Positions 29,107 through 39,804 of a stretch of DNA of 64,000 nt are shown piece after piece. The notes below the pieces were generated by a model. That model was not told the origin of the DNA. It saw only the letters and a list, made by a program, of their open reading frames with translations, and did no database searches. The DNA comes from Candidatus Rokubacteria bacterium CSP1-6. Lineage in GTDB: Bacteria; Methylomirabilota; Methylomirabilia; Rokubacteriales; CSP1-6. The stretch lies in assembly GCA_001443385.1 (NCBI GenBank), contig LDXP01000001.1, forward strand, positions 5,285 through 69,284, read 5' to 3'. The position numbers and the translations under genes are program-made. Position 1 is the first letter of the stretch, and the number at the start of each line of letters is the position of its first letter.

Positions 29107-29487
29107 TCATCGGCCCGGGCGAATGGTTGCCGCCGCCGTCAGGGCCTCCGCCTTCCGCACGAGGTCGTCCACCGGGAAGGGCTTCGAAAGCACCTGGAAC
29201 CCGAGAACCTGGTACCGGACGCGCTCGGGCAGTGGCACTTCCTCGGAGACCAGCACCACCACCGGGACTCCGGGTGCCACCGCTTCGAACAGCTTCGCCT
29301 GATCCACGGCGGGAAGCCGCAGGAGGCCCGAGTCCACGAGCACCGCCGAGACAGGCCTGTCGAGCAGGAAGCGGATTCCCTCGCAGACGTTCTCGGCGAT
29401 TCCCACGGCGATGCCTCGTTCGAGGCAGGCCAGCCCGACGCGCTGCGCGAAGGGCCTATCATGATCAATCAGAAGGATCCCGGTCAT
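29107..29487 (-). CDS. Single-domain response regulator receiver
   Basis: ILLIDHD, VLVDS, VLVS, LSKPF. Confidence 0.7.
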   Translation of the reverse strand: MTGILLIDHDRPFAQRVGLACLERGIAVGIAENVCEGIRFLLDRPVSAVLVDSGLLRLPAVDQAKLFEAVAPGVPVVVLVSEEVPLPERVRYQVLGFQVLSKPFPVDDLVRKAEALTAAATIRPGR

Positions 29488-29527
29488 GGGTCTATCGTCT
29501 CCTTTGGACGTTGGTAATCCTTTCACA

Positions 29528-29543
29528 AGCAAGCGGAATGCCA
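29528..29543 (-). promoter_or_regulatory. sigma54 -24/-12 promoter
   Basis: TGGCATTCCGCTTGCT; palindrome ATCGGGCA-CTT-TGCCCGAT about 80 bp upstream (29616-29634). Confidence 0.75.
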
Positions 29544-29654
29544 CCCCGTCGGATTTGAAGGAGTGCCGAGAACTCAGCCGGATGAGCGACGGGGGAGAGG
29601 AAAAGTCCCTGTAAAATCGGGCACTTTGCCCGATCTGTGCCGCCCTGGATCGGG

Positions 29655-30224
29655 CTATTTGCTGGCGAGCCCCTTTTCCTTGGCCCTCAGGTCACACGCC
29701 TGGAAGGGGTAGCCGCAGGGGCACTCGAAGCAAAGCTGGTCGGTCTTCGATGTCAGGATCATCCCGTCCGAGTGGCCGCATGTCAGCGAATGACCCGAAA
29801 CACCCGGGAGGAAACCGAAGAGGTAGAACTGGGCGGGATTCCCCTCGCGCTCCACGGCGAGCATCGTGTACTTGGAGAGATCCTCGGTGGTCTTCACCTC
29901 TACGATCGCCTGGCCGAGCTTGGCGTTCCGGCCGCCGAGGAGCAGGATGGGAGCGAGGACCTTCCGCTCGCGCGTCCGGTCGTCGAAGAGCAGGAGCACG
30001 TACCTTTTCCCCTCCGGAAGGCCGAAGAGCTTGCCGGTGATCGTTCCCCCTTCAATCTTGAGGACGCCGGCGCCGCCCCGTGGATCCGAGTAGCTCCCGG
30101 ACTGGTGCCATCCCCCCATCAAATAGACGAGCCCTCCCGGCCCCGGCGCCGACTGGGCCCACGCGGAGGTCGCCAACAGCCCACCCGCCAGCAGCCCGAT
30201 GGTCATCGCTCTTCTGTGCCTCAC
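29655..30224 (-). CDS. Exported hypothetical protein with Cys-rich C-terminus
   Basis: Signal peptide ending AWA-Q; CGH...CFECPCGYPFQAC. Confidence 0.65.
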   Translation of the reverse strand: MRHRRAMTIGLLAGGLLATSAWAQSAPGPGGLVYLMGGWHQSGSYSDPRGGAGVLKIEGGTITGKLFGLPEGKRYVLLLFDDRTRERKVLAPILLLGGRNAKLGQAIVEVKTTEDLSKYTMLAVEREGNPAQFYLFGFLPGVSGHSLTCGHSDGMILTSKTDQLCFECPCGYPFQACDLRAKEKGLASK

Positions 30225-30309
30225 GGCTCGTTTCCCCCTCTCGCCCGGTATCCTGCCCCCGCAAGCCTGGGAAGATGTCACAGCGAGGTCAAGATTCTGT
30301 GGGACTTCC

Positions 30310-31655
<1,346 letters not shown>

Positions 31656-31659
<4 letters not shown>

Positions 31660-34600
31660 GGGCGCTCGCTTCTCTCCCCGCGGGGCAGGACGACACGGAA
31701 CGTGCTCCCCCGGCCCATCCGCGTCGAGACCTCGATGCGCCCGCCGTGGTCCGCCACGATACCCTGCGCGATGGCCAGCCCCAGGCCGGTCCCCTGCCCC
31801 GGCGGCTTGGTCGTGAAGAACGGATCGAAGATCCTCGGCAGGGCGGTATCCGGGATCCCCGGCCCTTCATCGTCGAACTCCACGGCGAATTCGCCGTCCG
31901 GCAGCCGCCGCGATTTCACCGTGAGGCGTCCCTTGCCCTCCATCGCCTCGAGCGCGTTGGCGGCCAGTCCGAGGAACACCTGGCGGATCTGCCCCTCGTT
32001 CACCACCGCCGGGGGCAGCGCGGGATCCAGTTCGGTCGCGTACTGCGCGCCGGCGAAGCGGGGCTGGTGCCGCAGGAGGTCCAGCGCCTTTTCCACGAGG
32101 CCGTTGAGATCGGTGGGGACGCGGCTGCTCCCGGGCTCGCGCACGAACTGGAGCAGGCTTCCGGTGATCTCCTTGCAGCGAAACGCCTCCTCCTCGATGA
32201 TGGCCAAGTACGAGGAAAAATCCTGGAAAGCGGGATTGGCGCCGAGCGACGGGTCCTTGGCCCGCTCGCGCAGCGATTCGGCGCACCCCGCGATGGTGGC
32301 GAGCGGATTGTTCAGCTCGTGGGCCACCCCCGCCGCCAGGCGCCCCGCGACGGTCAGCCGCTCGGTCAGCAGCATCTGCTGGGCCAGCCGCTTCTGGAGC
32401 GTGATGTCCTCGATGAGGACCACCGCGTGCGTTTCCGCCTCCTCCGTGGACGCCAGCGGCGCGGCCGTGAGGCGGAGCGTCCGGGGCCGGCCATCGACGG
32501 TCATCTCCTGCTCGACCCGGCGCACCTCCCGCGCACCGAGCGCCGTGACGAGAAACTCGCCCACCTCGTGCCGCTTGTCTTCTGGAAACAGGGAGAGGAA
32601 AGAGGAGCCCCGGCCCGCCTCGCACGGGAGCACCTCGAGCCCCGCCCGGTTGGCGGTGACCACCCCGAGGTGGCCGTCGAGCACGTACAGGCCGAGGGGG
32701 AGGGTCTCCAGGATCACCTCGACGAAGCGCTTCTGCTGGTCGAGCGCGCGCGTCCGCTCCTCCACCATGGTCTCGAGCTGCTCGGAGTACGTCCGCACCG
32801 ATGAGAAGAGGCGCGCGTGCTCCAGCGCCATGGCCGCCTGGTCGGCGAACGCCGAGAGGAGATTCTCCTCGTCCTCGGAGAAATGGTGGATGTCCTTCCG
32901 GAAGACCGTGATCGCCCCGGTCGCGCCGTCTCCGACGAGCAGGGGGACCGCGAGCATCGACCGGAACCCGCTCTCCCTCGGCAGCTGCGGGAAGCGGACC
33001 CGCGGGTCGTTCCAGAGATCGGCGCTCTGGACGGGACGCCGCAGCAGCACCGCCATCCCTGTGATCCCCTCGCCCACCCGAATCCGGATCCGCCCCAGCA
33101 CCTCCCGGGCCAGATCGAGGCTGCCCACCGAGTAGAGCTCGCCCTTCTCGGGGTCCAGCCCCATGAGGCCGCAGGACTCTGCGCCCAGCACCTCCCGGGC
33201 CTGTTCGAGAATCACCCGGATCGTCTCGTTGGGATCGAGGCTCCGGTTGACCGCCCGACCCGCTTCGTTCAGCGCCTGCATCTGCCGGGCCCAGCGGACC
33301 CGCTCCTCGAAGAGGCGGGCGTTCTGGATGGCGATGCCGGCCTGATCGGCGAACGCCTCGAGCAGCGTCTGGTGGTGGGCCCCGAAGGCGCCCACGGCGG
33401 TCGCGAACGTGGAGATCACGCCGATGATCTCCTCGCCCACGCGGAGCGGGACGGCCAGCATGGACCGGATCCCCTCCCGCTCGTCCACGTCCCGCTGAGC
33501 CGAGCGCGGATCCTCCCGGATGTCGTCCGTACAGATGGGCACGCCGTTCATGGCGACGCGGCCGATGATCCCCTCCCCCACGGCCAGGGACAGGGACCGC
33601 CATTCGGCAGTCCGAAACCCATGGGCGGCCACGTGGCCGACATGGCTCCGCTCGGCGTCGAGGAGGCCGATCCCGCATCCCGTGCCGCCGGTGAGCTCCG
33701 TCACCGAGCGGATGATCGCCTCGAGCACCGCCGGCAGGTAGAGCCGCGCGGTGATGAGCTGGCTGGTCCGGTACAGCGCGCCCAGCTCCTCCGCCCGCTG
33801 ACGGGTCTCGCTCAGGAGCCGCCGGTTCTCCATGGCGGCGGCCAGAAGGATCGCGACCTCCAGGAGGATCTCGACGGCCTCGTCGTCGAAGGCCAGGGGC
33901 CGCCGGTGGCAGAGGTTCAGCGTCCCCGCCACCTCCTCGCCGGAGGAGAGCGGCACCACCACTGCGGACCGGTACCCGCGGGCGGAGAGGATCTCGCGGC
34001 TCTGCGACGGGACCGACGGGTGCGTGAGGTCATCCACGCGCCGGGGAATCCGGCGCTCCGCCACCCATCCGACCAGGGTTTCGGCGAGCGGCAAGCGCGG
34101 CTCGCTCACCGGCAGCGGGACCGACCGGGCCGTGACGTCAACGGCCCTGAACTGCCGGCGCTCCCGATCGATCAGCGTCACGGCGAGGGCATCGAACTCG
34201 ACCAGCCGGGCGACGGCGGCGGAGAACGCCTGATAGATTTCCTCGAGGGGAACGGTGGACGCCAGCAGGGCGGTGATGTCGTTCATCACCGAGAGTCGAA
34301 GCGTGCGCTGGTGCAGGCGCCAGACCTGCTCCAGAGAGCTTCCGAATTCGCGGAGAAACGCCGGGGGCAGCGCCGCTCTGATGGGACCGCGGCGCCCCGC
34401 CGGGGCGAGGAGCAGGAGCCGGCCCGCAGGCCGGGTCCCGGGGCCGATGGGGAGATGGAGCAGGCCGGACCGGCCGGGGCCCTTCCAGCCGGGAGGCGCA
34501 GTCACCGGGGATTTCCCAGGGCGCGGGGGGAGCGCGAGCAGATCGCGGAGCCAGCGATCGAGGGCGGGAGCGCCCCGGGTGCCCACGAGAACGGAAATGG

Positions 34601-34751
34601 GGGCGCCGCGACGGGGAAAGAACACCAGGCCCGCCGCCCGCGCCCCGGTGAGCTGAAGCAGGAGCTTCAGCGATCGGGCCAGCCCCTCCTCGAGGGACTG
34701 GGCGCCGGCGAGAGCGCTGATGAGCCCCAGGGCGACGGCGCTCGCCTTCAT
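31656..34751 (-). CDS. Cytoplasmic multi-GAF/PAS sensor histidine kinase
   Basis: At least three GAF repeats (..VPL..G...G...FADQA), PAS-like segment, AHELNNPL, D.GPGI, FDPFFTTK, GTGLGL. Confidence 0.93.
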
Positions 34752-34803
34752 GGCCCTATGATAGCAGTTGGCGCCCTACTGGGAATCCCACACCGGAAGG
34801 CAC

Positions 34804-36402
34804 CTACGGGGGAGTCAGGACGCGGCCGGGAAGCGAGCCGGTGTGCTCTCCTCCCTTGATCACCAGCCGCCCGTTGACCAGCACGTACTCGATCCCGGCC
34901 GCGTACTGGTGCGGCTCGGCGTAGGTCGCGCGATCGGTCACGGTCTTCGCGTTGAAGGCCACCAGGTCGGCCTTGGCACCCACCCGGATGACGCCGCGGT
35001 CCTTGAGCCCCAGCTTCTTCGCCGGCAAGCTGGTCATCTTGCGGACCGCCTGCTCGACGGAGAGGAGGCGCTCGTCCCGGCAGTAGCGGGCCAACACCCG
35101 CGGGAATGTTCCGTAACTACGCGGGTGGGGTTTCCCCTGCCCGAGCTCGCCGTGGGTGGCGAGGGCGGAGCCGTCGGAGCCGATCATCACGTGCGGGTGT
35201 CCGAGGGCGACTCTCAGATCGGCCTCGTCGAGCTGGAAGAGGATCATGCACGCCTTGCCGCGCCCGGCCAGGATCAGATCCAGCGCGGCGTCCGCGGGAG
35301 CGACCCCCAGGTCCCTCGCGATCTCTGCGAGACGTCTGCCCTCAGCCTCCCGGCGACCGGGGGCGTAGGCGATCATGATTCCGTCCCAGCCGGCGTTCGC
35401 CACCAGATCTTCTTCCCCCCGCTTTCCCGCCTCGACCTCCGCCCGGATCCGGGCGCGCTCCGCCGGGTCCTGGAGCCGCTCCAGCATCGCCTCCACGCCG
35501 CCCTCCAGGGCCCATCCGGGCAGCAGGGTGCGGAGCGTGGTGCTCGAGGCCGTGTAGGGATAGACGTCGGCGGTGACGTCGAGCCCCTCGGCCCGCGCGG
35601 CGTCGATCAGCGCCAGGGCGTCCTTGACCTTGCCCCAGTGCGGGCGCCCCGCGGCCTTGATGTGGCTCACCTGCACGGGCAGCTCGCCTTCCCGGCCGAC
35701 GCGGATCGCTTCCGCCACCGAGTCCAGGAGGTTCGCCCCCTCGCCCCGGATGTGGCTCGCGTAGAACCCGCGCTGGCGGCCGGCCACCGTCGCGAGCTCG
35801 ATGATCTCGTCGGTCTCGGCGTACGAGCCCGGCGCGTAGATCAGCCCTGTGGAGATCCCCCACGCCCCGCCCTCGAGGCTCTCGGCCACGAGCCGCTTCA
35901 TGTGGGCCAGCTCGCGGTCGCTCGGCTTCCGCCGGGCGAAGCCCATCGCCGCGATGCGGAGCGTGCCGTGGCCCACGAGCTGGATAAGGTTGAGCGCGCA
36001 GCCGCCCTGATCGAAACGCCGGAGATATTCCTCGACCGACTGCCAGGAAAAGTCCATGCCCTCCGGCAGGTAGAGGGCGAAGCCCCGCAGGTCCTCGCGG
36101 AAGGAGGGGTTCACGGGCGCCGGGGAGAAGCCGCAGTTGCCCACGACCTCCGTGGTGACGCCCTGGCGGACCTTGGACTCGGCGCGCCGGTTCGCCCAGA
36201 GCCGCCAGTCGGAATGCGAGTGCACGTCGATGAACCCCGGCGCCAACGTCAAGCCGGACGCGCGCAGGGTCGTCCCGGCCGGCTCCCGCGAGAGATCGCC
36301 TACGGCCGCGATGGCCTCGCCCGTGATGCCGACGTCGGCCCTGAACCCGGTCGCGCCGGTGCCGTCCACGACGGTGGCGCCCTCGATCTTGGTGTCGAGC
36401 AT
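34804..36402 (-). CDS. N-acyl-D-amino-acid deacylase (D-aminoacylase)
   Basis: PGFIDVHSHSD, GNCG, STGLIYAPG, DVYPY, GSDG, PHPRSYGTFPR. Confidence 0.93.
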   Translation of the reverse strand: MLDTKIEGATVVDGTGATGFRADVGITGEAIAAVGDLSREPAGTTLRASGLTLAPGFIDVHSHSDWRLWANRRAESKVRQGVTTEVVGNCGFSPAPVNPSFREDLRGFALYLPEGMDFSWQSVEEYLRRFDQGGCALNLIQLVGHGTLRIAAMGFARRKPSDRELAHMKRLVAESLEGGAWGISTGLIYAPGSYAETDEIIELATVAGRQRGFYASHIRGEGANLLDSVAEAIRVGREGELPVQVSHIKAAGRPHWGKVKDALALIDAARAEGLDVTADVYPYTASSTTLRTLLPGWALEGGVEAMLERLQDPAERARIRAEVEAGKRGEEDLVANAGWDGIMIAYAPGRREAEGRRLAEIARDLGVAPADAALDLILAGRGKACMILFQLDEADLRVALGHPHVMIGSDGSALATHGELGQGKPHPRSYGTFPRVLARYCRDERLLSVEQAVRKMTSLPAKKLGLKDRGVIRVGAKADLVAFNAKTVTDRATYAEPHQYAAGIEYVLVNGRLVIKGGEHTGSLPGRVLTPP

Positions 36403-36411
36403 CAGGCGGGC

Positions 36412-38268
36412 TTAGGCGACCACGGCCGGGTCGAAGCGCATGACGACGTAGCCGCCGACCGCGCCGGCGCCGAACCCGGGCGCGAAGATCCTCATCGGAC
36501 GGGTGATCACGCCTTCCCTGACGGCGTCGTGGAGGGCGATGGGAATGCTGGCAGACGACGTATTCCCGACCTTCGCGATGTTGAAGTACAAGCGCTCGGG
36601 CGCGACGCCGGCCGCCTGGGCCAGGCTGACCACCATGGTCTTGTTGGCCTGGTGGGGGACGATCAGCTCGATCGCATCCATCAGGGAGCCCGGCCGGCCG
36701 TCGGGGTGGGGCAGCGACGTCAGCTCGTCGATCATCTGGGTGAGGTAGCGCTTGGCGAGGTTCCGCACCTCCGGGCCATAGACGGTGATGTTGTTGTCGA
36801 ACTCCGGGTTGGGCCAGATGATGGAATCCACCTCGCTCATCGGGCCGCTGGCGTACGTCTGGAACACCTCGATGTCGGGCGGGGCGCCCTCGGGAGCGGG
36901 TGCGATCACCAGCGCCGCGGCGCCGTCGCCGAAGATCATCCGGGAGGTCCGCACCGTGCCGATCTTGTCGGAGAACTTCTCGCCGCAGACCACCAGCGCC
37001 GGGCGCTCCGTTTCCTGGAGCAGGCGCACCGCCTCGGCCAGCCCGTAGGGCAGGCCAGCGCAGGCGGCGACGATGTCGCAGGAGGCGTGGGTCTGGAAGA
37101 TCCCCATCTGCCCCGACAGCCAGGTCGCCAGCGACGGCATCATCTTGGCGCTGGTGCACGAGCAGAAGAGGACCGCCCCGATCTCCTCCGGCCGGCGCCC
37201 GGATTTCCGGAGGGCCGCCTGAGCCGCCAGGAACGCCATGTGATCCAGGTCGAGCTCGGTATAGAGCCGCTGCTCGATGCCGGTCTTGTGCAGGATCTCT
37301 TCGGCCGTCATCGGCGACCAGCAGAACGCGGCGTTGCGGATGAGGTCCTCGTTGGTGCAGGCGACCTCGCCCTTGTACACGGCCAGCGCCTCGAGGCGCG
37401 GCATCACGGAGAACCGCCGGCGCACGTCCACCGCCGGGAACGGCGCCACTGGAGGGCGGGACTCCGCCGGAGCCGGCCGGCGCTGCCGAACGCGCCGTCC
37501 GCTCTTCACGCGGCGGATGAACTGGAGGACCTCGTCGTTCCGGGAATGGAAGACGACCACGAAGTCGTCATCGTGAAGCCTGCCAACCTCGGTGAGCCGC
37601 GTCTTGGTCCGATCCCAGCGGAACTGGTTGTGCAGCACCATCGCCTGCCGCAGCAGGGCCTCGATCTCGGGGACCCGGTGCGTGCACTCGATGATCTCCT
37701 CGTGGCTGTAGCCCGGGTAATCGGGCTCGTGCGTGAGGAGGTGGTAGGTCAGGTTCTTCGGATTGGACAGGATCTCCGGCACCGTCGGCTTGATGGCCGG
37801 CAGCTCCGCCCCGGCCCCCTTCTTGTGACGGAAGACATCGAGCAGGGTGCGCGAGATCTTATCCTCGGTCCCCTCGTCCCACGTCGGGGGCAGCGCCCGG
37901 TAGCCGGCCTCGATCACGGCGGTCAGCTCGGCCCCCTCCCACGGCTTGAACACCGGCAGGAAGATGTCGTCTCGGTGCCGGGGCACGTCCCGCCAGCGGG
38001 CGGGGCGCTTCTCGTACATCGTCATCGCGTAGCGATTCACCCAGAAGAGGTTCAGCGCCAAGTCCCGCAGCAACTCGTAGCGCCCCTTGTACTCGCGCGC
38101 CTCCACCCGGGCGACGATGTCCGTCTCCGAGGGCGCCTTCTCCTCGAGGTCCCGCTTGATGGCGGCGGCGAACTGCTCGAGCGTCTCGAAGACCGAGAAG
38201 TCGAATTCCGGGAAAAAGTTGGAGGGGAAGACGATGCGACCGTAGCGGTTGACGACGAACGGTTTCAT
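36412..38268 (-). CDS. FabH/KAS III-like condensing enzyme with ~290-aa N-terminal extension
   Basis: AACAG (Cys), FGDGA, PHQAN (His), GNTSSAS (Asn), GFGAG. Confidence 0.88.
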   Translation of the reverse strand: MKPFVVNRYGRIVFPSNFFPEFDFSVFETLEQFAAAIKRDLEEKAPSETDIVARVEAREYKGRYELLRDLALNLFWVNRYAMTMYEKRPARWRDVPRHRDDIFLPVFKPWEGAELTAVIEAGYRALPPTWDEGTEDKISRTLLDVFRHKKGAGAELPAIKPTVPEILSNPKNLTYHLLTHEPDYPGYSHEEIIECTHRVPEIEALLRQAMVLHNQFRWDRTKTRLTEVGRLHDDDFVVVFHSRNDEVLQFIRRVKSGRRVRQRRPAPAESRPPVAPFPAVDVRRRFSVMPRLEALAVYKGEVACTNEDLIRNAAFCWSPMTAEEILHKTGIEQRLYTELDLDHMAFLAAQAALRKSGRRPEEIGAVLFCSCTSAKMMPSLATWLSGQMGIFQTHASCDIVAACAGLPYGLAEAVRLLQETERPALVVCGEKFSDKIGTVRTSRMIFGDGAAALVIAPAPEGAPPDIEVFQTYASGPMSEVDSIIWPNPEFDNNITVYGPEVRNLAKRYLTQMIDELTSLPHPDGRPGSLMDAIELIVPHQANKTMVVSLAQAAGVAPERLYFNIAKVGNTSSASIPIALHDAVREGVITRPMRIFAPGFGAGAVGGYVVMRFDPAVVA

Positions 38269-38282
38269 GGCGGGACTCCCTA

Positions 38283-39650
38283 CTAGACTGCGTGGACGGG
38301 CGGAGCAGCCGTGAAGCTCAGGATCGCCTCACACCAGCTGGCCACCCCCAGGAGTCGATCCTCCGTGAAGGGGGCGGTGACGAGCTGGATGGACAGCGGC
38401 AGGCCATCCACCGCCAGGCCGCTCGGCAGGGCGATGGCGGGAAGGCCGGAAAAGCTCCAGGGGGCGCAGAGCCCCGGATCGCCCGTCCACGTGAGCCCCT
38501 TCGGGGCGGTGGTAGGGGCGACCGGCATGAGAAGCGCGTCGTACCGCCCGAAGAGCGGAGTTACCTCTTCCCTGAACGTCCGGCGGGCCTGCTGGGCGCA
38601 GACGTACTCGACCCCGGGAATGGCCAGGCCCTCCTCGATGAGGCCACGGATCTTGGGACGGTAGGCGTCCCGATGGCGGGCAAAGCGATCCCGGTGGAAG
38701 GCGGCCGCTTCGACCCGCATGACCAGTTGCCCCGCGTCGTGGATCGCGGCCGCTGACGGCGGCAGTGAAACCGCCTCGACGGCGGCTCCCGCTTTGGCGA
38801 AGGCCGACGCGATGGCCTCCAGGTGGGCGTTCACCTCCGGGCTGGCCTTGTCGCCGAAGAGCCCGCGGGGAATTCCCAGGCGCGGCGGCCGCTCGAAGGG
38901 GGCGAGGGCGCCGAGGTAGTCGCCGGCCGGGACGGCGGCCGAGAAGCCATCAGCCGGATCGTGGCCCGCCAGCACCGAGAGCGCGAGCCCCGCATCTTCC
39001 ACGCACCGGGCGAAGATGCCCACGTGATCCAGGCTCCAGGCCAGCGGGACCACGCCCGCGGCGCTGATGCGCCCGTGGGTCGGCTTGAGGCCGACCACGC
39101 CGCAGTAGGCGGCCGGGCGCAGCGTCGAGCCCACGGTCTGGGACCCCAGCGCCAGCGGGATCATTCCGGCCGCGACCGCCGCCGCCGACCCGCTCGACGA
39201 TCCTCCGGGCGTGTGGTCGAGGTTCCAGGGATTCCGCGTCTCGGCCGGATCGGCGTACGCAAACTCGGTGGTGGCCGTTTTCCCGAGAATCACCGCGCCG
39301 GCCGCCCGGAGCCGGGCGACAGCGGTCGCGTCGGCCGCCGGGCGCTCGTGGGCGAAGGCCCCGGCCCCGGCCGTTGTCACCATCCCCGCCACATGGTAGA
39401 TGTCCTTGATGCCCACGGGAACCCCGTGGAGCGGCCCGCGAAGCCGGCCCGCCCGGCCCTCCGCCTCCAGCGCCCGGGCCGCCTTGAGGGCGCCCTCGGT
39501 GTCCAGGTGGACCCACGCGCGGAGCGCCGGCTCGGTTTCGGCGATTCGCGCGAGGCACGCTTCGACCGCCGCCACCGGCGAGAGACCGCCCGCGCGGATC
39601 CGCTTCACGATTTCGGTCGCCGTCAGAAAACCGATCTCAGTCTTCGTCAA
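38283..39650 (-). CDS. Amidase-signature family protein
   Basis: GVPVGIKD, PGGSSSGSAAAVAAG, GSQTVGS.LRPA. Confidence 0.92.
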   Translation of the reverse strand: MTKTEIGFLTATEIVKRIRAGGLSPVAAVEACLARIAETEPALRAWVHLDTEGALKAARALEAEGRAGRLRGPLHGVPVGIKDIYHVAGMVTTAGAGAFAHERPAADATAVARLRAAGAVILGKTATTEFAYADPAETRNPWNLDHTPGGSSSGSAAAVAAGMIPLALGSQTVGSTLRPAAYCGVVGLKPTHGRISAAGVVPLAWSLDHVGIFARCVEDAGLALSVLAGHDPADGFSAAVPAGDYLGALAPFERPPRLGIPRGLFGDKASPEVNAHLEAIASAFAKAGAAVEAVSLPPSAAAIHDAGQLVMRVEAAAFHRDRFARHRDAYRPKIRGLIEEGLAIPGVEYVCAQQARRTFREEVTPLFGRYDALLMPVAPTTAPKGLTWTGDPGLCAPWSFSGLPAIALPSGLAVDGLPLSIQLVTAPFTEDRLLGVASWCEAILSFTAAPPVHAV

Positions 39651-39804
39651 TGGAGGGCGTCCAGCACTTCCGCGACATCATCTATCAGGGCACGGGCACC
39701 CCGGGCTGTCGCCACGCCCGTGCCCCGCCGGAATCGAGCGCGCCGAACCCTCTCCACCCCGATCCGAGTCTTCGTCATCGCAAGGCGTCCAGCACTTCCG
39801 CGAC
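39631..39804. repeat. 46-bp direct repeat (39631-39676 / 39759-39804) duplicating the yitJ-amidase junction
   Basis: 40/46 identical, 128-bp period. Confidence 0.85.
39647..39778 (-). CDS. 43-aa chimeric mini-ORF bridging yitJ and the amidase
   Basis: MTKTRIG...DDVAEVLDALH; ATGA overlap with yitJ stop and TTGA overlap with amidase start. Confidence 0.4.
   Translation of the reverse strand: MTKTRIGVERVRRARFRRGTGVATARGARALIDDVAEVLDALH

Noticed and set aside
34768-38286. 1172-aa plus-strand ORF, and similar long ORFs (10..1953, 30199..33135, 39400..41727, 56687..59260)
   Set aside because: Antisense shadows of well-supported minus-strand genes in high-GC DNA; no recognisable motifs
38283-39650. 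Calling the amidase gatA
   Set aside because: No gatB/gatC nearby; TTEFA and SQTVGS motifs fit generic amidases
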